IMG/VR virus record: IMGVR_UViG_3300020420_000671
Reading direction: 5' to 3' (one strand)
DNA length: 64,000 nt
Source of the DNA: a virus
Lineage: Duplodnaviria > Caudoviricetes
The notes below the pieces were generated by a model that was given only the letters and a program-made list of their open reading frames with translations, was not told where the DNA came from and did no database searches. Both the position numbers and the translations under genes were made by a program. This document shows, in pieces, positions 16,555 through 25,461 of the stretch. Position 1 is the first letter of the stretch. Every line of letters begins with the position of its first letter.

Positions 16555-17531
16555 ATAAAAAATTTGAAAACGCCTGTAATAGGAAGAGCCAAAAAGTTCC
16601 TCCTATTTGGTTTATGCGACAAGCAGGTAGATATCATTCTCATTATAGAGATCTTAAAAAAGTAAACACATTCGAACTTTTATGTAAAACTCCGGAACTA
16701 GCCGCTGAAGTGGCATTAGGTCCTATAAAAGAATTTGATTATGATGTTTCAATATTATTTTCTGATATACTATTTCCTTTGGAGGGACTAGGCTTACCAT
16801 TAAGATTCGATCCAGGACCTAAGTTTCAGTTTAATCTTAGCAAAGATAATGTTAAACATCTGAGAGATGTTGATAAAGCAATTGAATTCCTTTCGTTTCA
16901 GAGAGATGCTCTTATAACAACAAGAGCAATACTGCCCAAAAGAAAAAGTCTAATTGGTTTTGTTGGAGGACCTTGGACATTAATGAACTATGCTTGTGGA
17001 AAAGCAAAAGTAACAGATAAGTTTAAATTAGATTATATGAAGTCTACTCTTATACCGTTACTAAAAAGAAATATAGAGTTACAGATAAATGCTGGTGCTG
17101 AGAAGGTTATGATTTTCGATAGCGGACTTCAAAACATGACGACTAAATTTTTTAATTCTAAATATTCTCCTTTATTGATGTCTTTGGCCATGCCACAAAC
17201 TGCTTACTATAGCAGAAACCTGCCCAGAAAATGTATCAATAAAGTAGTAGAAGGAGACTGGGGTGGCATAGGCGTTGATAGTAAGATAGACATAATAGAC
17301 TGTTTAGAAACTGTAGATAAAGGTTTTGTTCAAGGAAACTTTGATGAACGTAAAATGCTTTTACCTAAGTACAAGTTTATGTATGAAATAGAAAGATACT
17401 GTGACGATATTAGAAAATCAAAAGTTGACACAACAGGTTGGGTATGTGGATTGGGACATGGTATAGATAAGACGACTCCGGAAGAACACGTACATTTATT
17501 CATAGAAACTGTTAGAAACAGATTCTCATAA
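16551..17531 (+). CDS. hemE: Uroporphyrinogen decarboxylase
   Basis: PPIWFMRQAGRY, ILFSDIL, LIGFVGGPWTL, VQGN, GLGHGI; GTGA overlap with hemC. Confidence 0.93.
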   Translation: MNKKFENACNRKSQKVPPIWFMRQAGRYHSHYRDLKKVNTFELLCKTPELAAEVALGPIKEFDYDVSILFSDILFPLEGLGLPLRFDPGPKFQFNLSKDNVKHLRDVDKAIEFLSFQRDALITTRAILPKRKSLIGFVGGPWTLMNYACGKAKVTDKFKLDYMKSTLIPLLKRNIELQINAGAEKVMIFDSGLQNMTTKFFNSKYSPLLMSLAMPQTAYYSRNLPRKCINKVVEGDWGGIGVDSKIDIIDCLETVDKGFVQGNFDERKMLLPKYKFMYEIERYCDDIRKSKVDTTGWVCGLGHGIDKTTPEEHVHLFIETVRNRFS

Positions 17532-17660
17532 TTTCTTTTTTTTATTCATGCCCATGTAATGCTCAGATGGTTCGTAATCCCATCTTTTGCCATGGTGGCC
17601 ACGTATGTCTGCGTACCACATTCTCATTCGGACAATGAACTTTCTAAGTCCAAGACTCAC
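17526..17660 (-). CDS. Small hypothetical protein (44 aa)
   Basis: GTG start overlapping the stop of 17660..17857; MSLGLRKFIVRMRMWYADIRGHHGKRWDYEPSEHYMGMNKKKKL. Confidence 0.5.
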   Translation of the reverse strand: MSLGLRKFIVRMRMWYADIRGHHGKRWDYEPSEHYMGMNKKKKL

Positions 17661-17857
17661 TAGATGCTCCTATAAGATTTAGGAATACCATCCCTTCCGC
17701 GTATCATTTCACCTGTATCAGAATAAGCACCACACATTCTACCGTTTGCTCCAGGTCCATAATATCTTACTGGCTTTACTTCAATCGCTTCTCCATCTCT
17801 CATTGCTGTCTTTTTATGATTGACGGATATTACTCCTCTTTGCTTTATGCCAGCCAT
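17660..17857 (-). CDS. Small hypothetical protein
   Basis: 65-aa ORF in a short minus-strand operon. Confidence 0.55.
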   Translation of the reverse strand: MAGIKQRGVISVNHKKTAMRDGEAIEVKPVRYYGPGANGRMCGAYSDTGEMIRGRDGIPKSYRSI

Positions 17858-17858
17858 A

Positions 17859-18062
17859 TTACTTTCCTATCTTCTTAGATCTTCCTAATGGCAACTTTAT
17901 CTTCTTAGTCATGTCTTTACCTTTTTTACCGATCCAGCTTACAACAGTTTCAGTAGCTTTGGCTCCTCCTTGGAATGACTTTACAGCCTTCTTCCAACCA
18001 AGAGCTGTGACTTCCTTGATTTCTTCCCCATTAGTGAATTTAAATATACGTTTTTTGGACAT
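17859..18062 (-). CDS. Small basic hypothetical protein
   Basis: SD AAGGA and minus-strand ATAAATA box upstream. Confidence 0.6.
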   Translation of the reverse strand: MSKKRIFKFTNGEEIKEVTALGWKKAVKSFQGGAKATETVVSWIGKKGKDMTKKIKLPLGRSKKIGK

Positions 18063-18128
18063 AGTATTTCCTTTTGGGTTTATTTATATGTATTTAATAA
18101 ATATACGTATATAATATGGAGGAATACA

Positions 18129-18272
18129 ATGGCAAAGATGTTCACTACGTCAACTCATGAAACTACCAAGAAGAAAACCAGCATTGGTAATAAGAAATCC
18201 ATGACGAAGACTAGCTCTATGAATAAGAGCAAACGCAGAAGCTATAAAGTATATCGCGGACAAGGGAGATAA
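18129..18272 (+). CDS. 47-aa basic protein ending in YRGQGR
   Basis: Below the track cutoff; SD GGAGG; TAAATA 18098; MAKMFTTSTHETTKKKTSIGNKKSMTKTSSMNKSKRRSYKVYRGQGR. Confidence 0.7.
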   Translation: MAKMFTTSTHETTKKKTSIGNKKSMTKTSSMNKSKRRSYKVYRGQGR

Positions 18273-18274
18273 AG

Positions 18275-18706
18275 ATGTATGAGTATAAATGTAAAATATT
18301 AAGAGTGGTCGATGGTGATACAGTAGATGTTGATATAGATCTAGGATTTGGTATGTGGATGCATAAGGAAAGAGTACGCATCATGGGAATTGATACACCA
18401 GAGTCTAGAACGAGAGATAAGATAGAAAAGAAGTTTGGTTTGGCAAGCAAGGCAAGACTAAAAGAACTTTTACCCATAGGATCTAAACAGGTTTTACACA
18501 CTCAAATAGATAAGTCTGGAGAAGATAAAAAAGGAAAGTTTGGACGCATTCTAGGAGACTTCATGATAGACACAAAATTTGCTACTAGCATTATGATAGA
18601 TGAAGGATATGCTGTAGCTTATAACGGCCAAAACAAAGACGCAGTTGAACAAGCTCACTTAAATAATAGGGAACGTCTTATAAAGGAAGGAAAGGTCCAA
18701 GTATGA
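18275..18706 (+). CDS. Staphylococcal-nuclease (thermonuclease) family protein
   Basis: RVVDGDTVD...RVRIMGIDTPESR...KFGRILG. Confidence 0.88.
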   Translation: MYEYKCKILRVVDGDTVDVDIDLGFGMWMHKERVRIMGIDTPESRTRDKIEKKFGLASKARLKELLPIGSKQVLHTQIDKSGEDKKGKFGRILGDFMIDTKFATSIMIDEGYAVAYNGQNKDAVEQAHLNNRERLIKEGKVQV

Positions 18707-18999
18707 ATGTAGCATACATTTTTCTAGCAACAATTTTTTATATCGCAACTCCAAACATTCAAGAAAACTTATACAGTTGGCAAATATCGTTTAATAGTTT
18801 TGAAAAGTGTGAACAGTTTTTTGATCTATATGGAGCTAGTTTGATGAATGGTGTCATAGATCACGGAACAAACAAATATGGACAACAAGTAGGATTGGAT
18901 TATCTAGCTTGTGCCAAAGTAACAATAGATCCTCAATCTTTAATAGATGGAGATACACATCCAAAAATTTTAGATCAACGGGTCATGTATAAAAGGTAA
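18703..18999 (+). CDS. Small Cys-pair family protein
   Basis: Hydrophobic N-terminus; FNSFEKC...LACAK. Confidence 0.6.
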   Translation: MNVAYIFLATIFYIATPNIQENLYSWQISFNSFEKCEQFFDLYGASLMNGVIDHGTNKYGQQVGLDYLACAKVTIDPQSLIDGDTHPKILDQRVMYKR

Positions 19000-19005
19000 A
19001 AATAA

Positions 19006-19266
19006 ATGAAAGTACTAATAGTAGCTTTAATGGCAATAACTATGACAGACGGAAGTAGAGATATTTTCGTATTTACAAAACCACAATTCCAAAATACAAC
19101 TCAATGTGTCGAATATGTACAACAAAACTCACGAGCATTGATGTATAGATTGTATAAAGAGTATCCTGGAGATAAATTGGACAGAATTATGTGTATTCCT
19201 GAAGAGAATGTAGAGAAGATACTTGAGATGTCTGTGCCAAAATCCAAACCTGAACTAGGTGCTTAA
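19006..19266 (+). CDS. Small Cys-pair family protein
   Basis: Hydrophobic N-terminus; FQNTTQC...IMCIP. Confidence 0.6.
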   Translation: MKVLIVALMAITMTDGSRDIFVFTKPQFQNTTQCVEYVQQNSRALMYRLYKEYPGDKLDRIMCIPEENVEKILEMSVPKSKPELGA

Positions 19267-19275
19267 CCAAAACAC

Positions 19276-19304
19276 TTGACAGAACCTGCACTTTATTATA
19301 TAGT
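19276..19304 (+). promoter_or_regulatory. Sigma70-type promoter containing the TGCACTTTATTA motif
   Basis: TTGACA-17-TATAGT. Confidence 0.75.
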
Positions 19305-19379
19305 GTTACTATGTTTATAAAAGATAAACTTAAAACAACTAGAGTTCTTTTGAGCTCTATTTTCAATAAAGGAGGCCCA

Positions 19380-19640
19380 ATGATGGCAACAATAAACAAA
19401 GGTTCTACTTACTATAGAGTAGGTTCACAAAACCAACAAATCCTAGCAAACTACTGGGGTACTGGTAAAACTTTCACCTTAGAAGGTTTGAAGGCTAAAT
19501 TAGACATAGCATCGCCAGGTGCTAGAATCTCTGAATTAAGAGAAAATGGTTTCAACGTAAAAGCAAAACCACAAAATGATGGTAACGTTGGAAGACCAGT
19601 TCTTGAATACCAAATTTCAAGAAGAAGAACTTTTGCGTAA
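19380..19640 (+). CDS. Winged helix-turn-helix DNA-binding protein
   Basis: SD AGGAGG before ATG 19380 (track start 19311 lies in the leader); SPGARISELRENGFNV. Confidence 0.7.
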   Translation: MMATINKGSTYYRVGSQNQQILANYWGTGKTFTLEGLKAKLDIASPGARISELRENGFNVKAKPQNDGNVGRPVLEYQISRRRTFA

Positions 19641-19654
19641 TTAACCAAAAGAAC

Positions 19655-19683
19655 TTGACATTTGCGCCTGTGAGTGCTATAAT
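19655..19683 (+). promoter_or_regulatory. Consensus sigma70 promoter
   Basis: TTGACA-17-TATAAT. Confidence 0.85.
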
Positions 19684-19714
19684 ATTATATATTAATTAGG
19701 CAGGAGCAGGCGCA

Positions 19715-20164
19715 ATGACAATGCATTTACAAAGAGGACTTACGACTCTTAATACAAAAAAACGTAAAGCATCTAAAAGAAAGCCAGACAGTCACTATAT
19801 GGATGGCTGGCGTAAACAAAATAAGTTTTACAAACAAAAAAATCTTCCTACAATGACACTTACAGAATATATTGATTATGTTCACGGTGTGTACAAACCT
19901 AAGACTGAGCCTCGTGCGATATCTACGCCATGGCATCATGTGGATTCAACCTACAGAAGAGAAACTCCTAATGTTCCTAGTTCTAATAGTGAACATAGTT
20001 TTGCTCCTGCTACAAAGAAAGAGTCATTACAATACACGGGAGAGAGACGACTTGTTGGTATAGCAATGATGCATAAGAGTAATTTGGTTCCTGTATTTGC
20101 TGATGATGACGATAAGACTGGTTCAAAGCAGGCAACAGAGATAGCACAGATGAGGAGAAACTAA
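19715..20164 (+). CDS. Conserved T4-like phage hypothetical protein
   Basis: YTGERRLVGIAMMHKSNLVPV motif. Confidence 0.7.
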   Translation: MTMHLQRGLTTLNTKKRKASKRKPDSHYMDGWRKQNKFYKQKNLPTMTLTEYIDYVHGVYKPKTEPRAISTPWHHVDSTYRRETPNVPSSNSEHSFAPATKKESLQYTGERRLVGIAMMHKSNLVPVFADDDDKTGSKQATEIAQMRRN

Positions 20165-20784
20165 TGTTGGAGTATTACAATCTCATTAACCAATTTAAAT
20201 ATTATATGAAACTAGTATCTAAATTCTTTCTTACTTTAAGTTTAATCTTCATAAGCATTCCTATGTCGTTTGCTTCTGCTATTACATTACAGAACGCAGT
20301 TGAAGGTGAATTATACACAGAAAAATCACAACCAGAATTATATTGTATGGCTATGAACATTTACTTTGAAGCCAAATCAGAACCAAAGGCAGGACAATAT
20401 GCTGTCGCTGACGTTACTTTAAATCGTGTAAATGATAGTAGATATCCTAATTCTATCTGTGAAGTTGTATTACAAGGACCTACTCGTGAGAGTTGGAAAA
20501 CAAGACAAAACGAAACTCTAACAGAAGACGAAAGAAAATTTTATCCTGTAAAACACAGATGTCAGTTTTCCTGGTATTGTGACGGTAAAGCTGATAAAGT
20601 TAGAGATGGAGATGCTTGGAGGAAAGCACAGGAGTATGCCTATAGAATTGTTGTAGAAGGCAAGTATAGAGGTATTACTGAAGGAGCGACTCACTACCAT
20701 GCCACTTATGTTAGTCCCAAATGGGCACCGCAATTGGATTTGGTTGGAAGAGTAGGAAGGCATATATTTTATAGATGGCCATAA
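20164..20784 (+). CDS. Cell wall hydrolase (SleB/Hydrolase_2 family) with export signal
   Basis: CMAMNIYFEAKSE...VADVTLNRV...ICEVV...CQFSWYCDG...GATHYHATYV.P.WA. Confidence 0.92.
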   Translation: MLEYYNLINQFKYYMKLVSKFFLTLSLIFISIPMSFASAITLQNAVEGELYTEKSQPELYCMAMNIYFEAKSEPKAGQYAVADVTLNRVNDSRYPNSICEVVLQGPTRESWKTRQNETLTEDERKFYPVKHRCQFSWYCDGKADKVRDGDAWRKAQEYAYRIVVEGKYRGITEGATHYHATYVSPKWAPQLDLVGRVGRHIFYRWP

Positions 20785-21458
20785 AACTTTGGAAAAAAAT
20801 TCCGCAAAGAATAAGAACCATATTTTTATTGACCTTATTTTGGCTCGTTACGGTTAGTGGAGCCTACATGATAGGCACTACCCAACCCAATAAATGGGTA
20901 GTAGCTGATATTACCAAAGCAGTTCAAAATGATGTTCAGTCTGAATGGAAAGAGTACGGATTCTTTGAACCAGACATGAGTTATAGTAATAATACTAGCT
21001 TTATAAAAGCAGTTACAAAATGTATTGACTATGTGAATCTTACAACTCCTGTTGAACTACGAGTACCACGTGAAATAATAGTAGCAATGGCTGTATTAGA
21101 AACTGGGTACGGATCAAGTAGATTTGCTCTAAAAGGAAATAATCTCTTTGGGATTAGAACTTGGAACAAAGATGAAGCACAACTGAAACCAAAAGACAAT
21201 CCTGACGTAGAATGGGGCGTAAAACAATACATTACTAAATGCCAATCTGTAAAGGATATGGTTTCTATTATTAATAGGTTACCAGTTTATGCTGATTTCA
21301 GAGAAGCAAGAGCAGAACAATTGAAGACCGGTGATCGTGATGTGTTTGCTCTTGTGCCTCTTTTGAGTGAATGGAGTACCAATCCAAACTACTCAAACCT
21401 AATAATATCAAAGGTTAAAAAGATTCAAAAGATTTTGGCAAAAAAAGTTTCCAAATAG
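20775..21458 (+). CDS. Glucosaminidase-family (Bax/FlgJ-like) peptidoglycan hydrolase with signal anchor
   Basis: AMAVLETGYGSSRFA...NNLFGIR...WSTNPNY. Confidence 0.85.
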   Translation: MAIKLWKKIPQRIRTIFLLTLFWLVTVSGAYMIGTTQPNKWVVADITKAVQNDVQSEWKEYGFFEPDMSYSNNTSFIKAVTKCIDYVNLTTPVELRVPREIIVAMAVLETGYGSSRFALKGNNLFGIRTWNKDEAQLKPKDNPDVEWGVKQYITKCQSVKDMVSIINRLPVYADFREARAEQLKTGDRDVFALVPLLSEWSTNPNYSNLIISKVKKIQKILAKKVSK

Positions 21459-21460
21459 TC

Positions 21461-21489
21461 TTGACATTTGCACTTTATTATCGTATAAT
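21461..21489 (+). promoter_or_regulatory. Consensus sigma70 promoter containing the TGCACTTTATTA motif
   Basis: TTGACA-17-TATAAT. Confidence 0.85.
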
Positions 21490-21529
21490 GTAATTATAAA
21501 TGTAACTCGTTCACAATGAACGCAATGAA

Positions 21530-22054
21530 ATGGAGGCTTTGATGAAAGGCATTTTAAAAATAGGCGCATTAGTAACAATAGTAGGTATGCTACAGGCATG
21601 TTCAGGTATGGTTACAATCGCTGAACGTGAAGACTATGCTCAACCAAAATGGTACGCCAACTGTGTTGAGAGTGGAACTACTGGCTGGTTCTGGTGGAAA
21701 GAAGAATATGCTTATGCTTGTGGAGCAGGTGAAAGTGTTTTCCAACAAGCCGCAGAAGAGCAGATGTATGCTATAGCAATGAATAATTTTGCTAAAAGAA
21801 TTAACAGTGAAGTAAATTCTAACACTAAACTAAAGTTTGTAGATAATAACGGCAAAGAATCTAGAGCAACAAGCACTACGATTTCTTATGTAGTTAAAGA
21901 CACAACTATTAGAGAGCATATTGCTAAAGAAACAGGTACTTTTAAATACCAAGGTAAAATGTTTACCTTTGTAAAACTAAGGATGCCAAAGACTATCTTT
22001 GACGAACTCATCCAGGAGGCAAAAAGTGCGAAAGTTTCAGTGGCAACTAATTAA
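21530..22054 (+). CDS. Lipoprotein (LPP20-like)
   Basis: Lipobox MLQAC; PKWY...ACGAG. Confidence 0.7.
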   Translation: MEALMKGILKIGALVTIVGMLQACSGMVTIAEREDYAQPKWYANCVESGTTGWFWWKEEYAYACGAGESVFQQAAEEQMYAIAMNNFAKRINSEVNSNTKLKFVDNNGKESRATSTTISYVVKDTTIREHIAKETGTFKYQGKMFTFVKLRMPKTIFDELIQEAKSAKVSVATN

Positions 22055-22379
22055 TCCAATAATTATCGTAGGAGCAGTCATGGCTTTGAGTGCCTGCTCT
22101 TCGCACAACAAACCTGTGATGTCACAGTTCCAACCACAGTATTGCCATACAGATAGCAATCACACATTGGTTGACGGGAACAAAGCATCTAGCAGAGTGG
22201 ATGTCAGATGTACTGATAATCCTAAGGATAAACACTTCTTGGCTTACAGTGGTATTGCCAAGACATGTAGGGAGCATTATTATGAAATTTGGCTTAACGG
22301 AAAGGCTGTTAAACAACGTGGCTTTGTATGTCAAAAACTCGACGGTAGTTGGGAAATCGTTAATCATCCTTACAATTAG
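22026..22379 (+). CDS. Lipoprotein, Cys-rich
   Basis: GTG 22026 with SD AGGAGG; lipobox ALSAC. Confidence 0.65.
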   Translation: MRKFQWQLINPIIIVGAVMALSACSSHNKPVMSQFQPQYCHTDSNHTLVDGNKASSRVDVRCTDNPKDKHFLAYSGIAKTCREHYYEIWLNGKAVKQRGFVCQKLDGSWEIVNHPYN

Positions 22380-22782
22380 TTTATTTTTGACTGCTTGTGG
22401 GGCGACATCCCAACAATATTCGTCCACAAGTATAAGCACAGGAGCAAGTACGGCTCAATACTATCATTCAAAAAACAGTATGCTAGGATTGGGTATAAAT
22501 TATTTTAAATGGACCTATCATATGATGGAACCTTATGATAGGGAGCAACAACAACATGCGATATTCTTCGCACTTAACAATCTACAAAACGGCGAAACAA
22601 CACGTTGGTATAATGGAAATACTGGCGCCAAAGGTGCGGTTCAAGTAGCAATGACTTATCCGCAAGGAAGTGGTTATTGTAGGGTTTTAATGAGTCAAAT
22701 CTACTATAAAGGTAAGCAAAGAGACTTTAAAGAGACAGCTTGTATTAACTCTGTTGATAACACCTGGCGTTTCGTCCGATAA
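22282..22782 (+). CDS. Lipoprotein of the 17-kDa surface antigen (RT0821/Lpp0805-like) family
   Basis: Lipobox FLTAC; ALNNLQNGETTRWYN.NTG..G.V.....YPQGSGYCR...ETAC; start uncertain (ATG 22282 has SD AGGGAG). Confidence 0.7.
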   Translation: MKFGLTERLLNNVALYVKNSTVVGKSLIILTISLFLTACGATSQQYSSTSISTGASTAQYYHSKNSMLGLGINYFKWTYHMMEPYDREQQQHAIFFALNNLQNGETTRWYNGNTGAKGAVQVAMTYPQGSGYCRVLMSQIYYKGKQRDFKETACINSVDNTWRFVR

Positions 22783-22806
22783 ATATTAAATTAATAAAGG
22801 ACGATT

Positions 22807-24807
22807 ATGGCATTAGGTATATTAGTATTATTATCTGCTTTAAGTATTTCAGCAGTAGCGATTTATTACAGTATAGCAGGACTCGTAGCAATATTTGCCG
22901 CGGCCGCTATTCCCATCATGGTTATGGGAACTGTATTAGAAGTAGGTAAACTTGTAACCGCGGTATGGTTACATAAGTATTGGGGTAAGGCAGTATGGTG
23001 GCTGAAAACTTATTTAAGTGTTGCCGTTGTCGTCCTTATGTTTATTACAAGTATGGGTATCTTTGGATATCTATCAAAAGCACATATCGAACAAACATCA
23101 GCAAGTATTGAAACAACTGAAAAAATAACACAACTAGAAACAGAGATTGCTCGTTATACAGGAATTGTTGAAAGAGCAGAACAAAAGATTGATAAGGCTG
23201 AAAACGCCGGTGCCAATAAAAATGATACAATACAGGATCAAATAGATAGAGAACAAAAACGTATTGATACTGCCTACGATAGAATACAACCTTTAGTACA
23301 AGAACAACAAAACCTAATACAACAGGAAATTATTAGAAAAGATAAGAAAATAGAACCTTATCTTGCCCAAGTGTCTAATATAGATGCTGACTTACAAACA
23401 CTTTCAGATTTGCTTAATAGACGTGATAGGGAAAGTATTAGACGTTTACAAAGTATTGTTGGAACTAGAGTGGATGGCACATATGGTAGTAGAACTGCTA
23501 AACAGGTTGAAAATTATAGAGATGGCCTTATCGCTAAACGTGAAAGCATACTAGAAACAATAGCCCAATTAGAAGAAAAAGATTCTCCTATTATTACTGC
23601 GGCAAACGAAGAAATAAAAAGATTACGTAACATTGCTGAACAGGAAATAGCAGATTCAAATAAAGTTATTAACAAATTAAGAAGTGAGATTGGCAATGTT
23701 GTTACTACTGACAGCACAGATTTTATAGATGCTGAATTACTTAAAATTAAAAATGCTAACGTAGAAATAGAACTTCTTACAGAAGAAAAGTATAAAATAG
23801 AAGCTGAGTATAGGAAACTAGAAGCTGAAGTAGGTCCTATTAAGTACATAGCTGAATTTGTATACGGTGAAGAAGCCGATAGAGATTTATTAGAAGAAGC
23901 CGTAAGATGGGTAATAATTTTAATTATATTTGTATTTGACCCATTGGCTGTTTTGTTGTTAATCGCAAGTCAATATACATTTGACTTTGCTAACCCTAAA
24001 CGCAGGGGGTTAGCCTGGCGTGAGTACGAACAAGCCAGGGCTAAAAAAATTATGGAGAATGTAAATGATACATCAGATACTACAGTACCAGTTCAAGAAT
24101 CTACAGATGATGGACCAGATGATGGGGACGAAAAACGAAATGATCTACAAGAAATTAATGTGGCAGATAATGAACGAGATGGAGAAGCCGGTAATGAAGC
24201 AGATATTCAGTCAGGGCCGGAAGTGGAGAAGATTGAAGAACAAGTTCCTGACACCGAAGTAGAATCAGACACTATCGAAAAAAAAGATACCGCATCATCG
24301 GAAGAGTCAAAAACAGATTTAGATAATTGGAATGAATGGGTAGAGGCCGCAAATAAAGAAGCTGAAAAAGAAGTAGAAAAAGAACCAGAAGTAATCACAG
24401 GTATAGGAGCAGTGAAAGGTACTTTCAAACAAGCAGAAGTAGAAAAACAAAAACAAGAGGAGATGTTGGCCGGTGACGACAATCCTAAAAAGACAGAAAT
24501 AAAAGAACGGGCTTCACTTGTACAAAAGTATGATCAAGATAATGCTTGGTCTGAGGCGAAAAGAATATGGAAATCTAAGAATCCAGAACAAAACATTAAA
24601 GATTGGAAACATGCTTTCATTTCAGGCAGGATACATGAATTACCATGGCAACAATACTTAGATTATCAAGATAAAGAAGTACAAGACGCATTAGAAAGTA
24701 GAATCAAGCCCGATTTAACCGAAGTAATTGAACCAGATGGATACAAACAAAATGCTGAACAAAGTGATAAGTCAGTATGGAGCAAGATACGTGACAATGA
24801 AAAATAA
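22807..24807 (+). CDS. Membrane-anchored long coiled-coil protein with a PG-binding-like motif
   Basis: Three N-terminal TM helices, coiled coil, LQSIVGTRVDGTYGSRT, second TM (IFVFDPLAV), acidic tail. Confidence 0.7.
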   Translation: MALGILVLLSALSISAVAIYYSIAGLVAIFAAAAIPIMVMGTVLEVGKLVTAVWLHKYWGKAVWWLKTYLSVAVVVLMFITSMGIFGYLSKAHIEQTSASIETTEKITQLETEIARYTGIVERAEQKIDKAENAGANKNDTIQDQIDREQKRIDTAYDRIQPLVQEQQNLIQQEIIRKDKKIEPYLAQVSNIDADLQTLSDLLNRRDRESIRRLQSIVGTRVDGTYGSRTAKQVENYRDGLIAKRESILETIAQLEEKDSPIITAANEEIKRLRNIAEQEIADSNKVINKLRSEIGNVVTTDSTDFIDAELLKIKNANVEIELLTEEKYKIEAEYRKLEAEVGPIKYIAEFVYGEEADRDLLEEAVRWVIILIIFVFDPLAVLLLIASQYTFDFANPKRRGLAWREYEQARAKKIMENVNDTSDTTVPVQESTDDGPDDGDEKRNDLQEINVADNERDGEAGNEADIQSGPEVEKIEEQVPDTEVESDTIEKKDTASSEESKTDLDNWNEWVEAANKEAEKEVEKEPEVITGIGAVKGTFKQAEVEKQKQEEMLAGDDNPKKTEIKERASLVQKYDQDNAWSEAKRIWKSKNPEQNIKDWKHAFISGRIHELPWQQYLDYQDKEVQDALESRIKPDLTEVIEPDGYKQNAEQSDKSVWSKIRDNEK

Positions 24808-24815
24808 GTATTAGG

Positions 24816-25205
24816 ATGACTGATACTCTTATTAATTTGATCACATATCCAGATAAACTTTTTAATGATAACAAAAGTCTAATATTTGTTAACCCTAGCG
24901 ATATTTTAAAAAACCATTTTAACGAATTAGCTAAAGATCTAAAAAGTCCTATAAATGTATATCTATATGAAAACAATAAGGACGAAATAGAATGGTTACT
25001 AGATGTAAGCCAAAACGTAGATAATATCATATTAGATATTGATAATACCAAAATAGAACAATGGGTAATTGGTTATCTACTTAACTTTGGCAAAACTTTT
25101 TACTTGACAAACCAGGTGAGTATGCCTTATAATATAATTAATTCAAATAGAATATATGAGTTAAAACAATTTATGGAAGGAGTAAAATATTTTGAGATAC
25201 AATAA
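24816..25205 (+). CDS. Hypothetical phage protein
   Basis: 129-aa ORF; contains an internal TTGACA-18-TATAAT (25104-25133) upstream of rpsU. Confidence 0.6.
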   Translation: MTDTLINLITYPDKLFNDNKSLIFVNPSDILKNHFNELAKDLKSPINVYLYENNKDEIEWLLDVSQNVDNIILDIDNTKIEQWVIGYLLNFGKTFYLTNQVSMPYNIINSNRIYELKQFMEGVKYFEIQ

Positions 25206-25458
25206 ATTTAATAGAAGGCATGACAGGAATAAAGAAAAAGAAATTGGTAAAGGCATATATGTAGAAGTACGTGGCGGTGATGCTACAAAAGCTATTAGAA
25301 TTTTTAAAAAGAAAGTTCAAGACGCAGGCATTATACAAGAATATAGAGAACGACAGTATTATGTCAAGCCCAGCGAGAAGAAGAGAAAAGCCAAACAAGC
25401 TGGTAGAAAACGTTGGGAAAAGAAACAAGAAAAAGATAAATTAGAGCGAGGATATTAA
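25192..25458 (+). CDS. rpsU: Ribosomal protein bS21 with N-terminal extension
   Basis: VEVRGGDATKAIRIFKKKVQDAGIIQEYRERQYYVKPSEKKRKAK. Confidence 0.9.
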   Translation: MRYNKFNRRHDRNKEKEIGKGIYVEVRGGDATKAIRIFKKKVQDAGIIQEYRERQYYVKPSEKKRKAKQAGRKRWEKKQEKDKLERGY

Positions 25459-25461
25459 TCA

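Noticed and set aside
15712-17540. hemC-hemE as an island integrated at the ssrA end
   Set aside because: No duplicated tmRNA 3' end or att-like direct repeat found after hemE, and no integrase nearby
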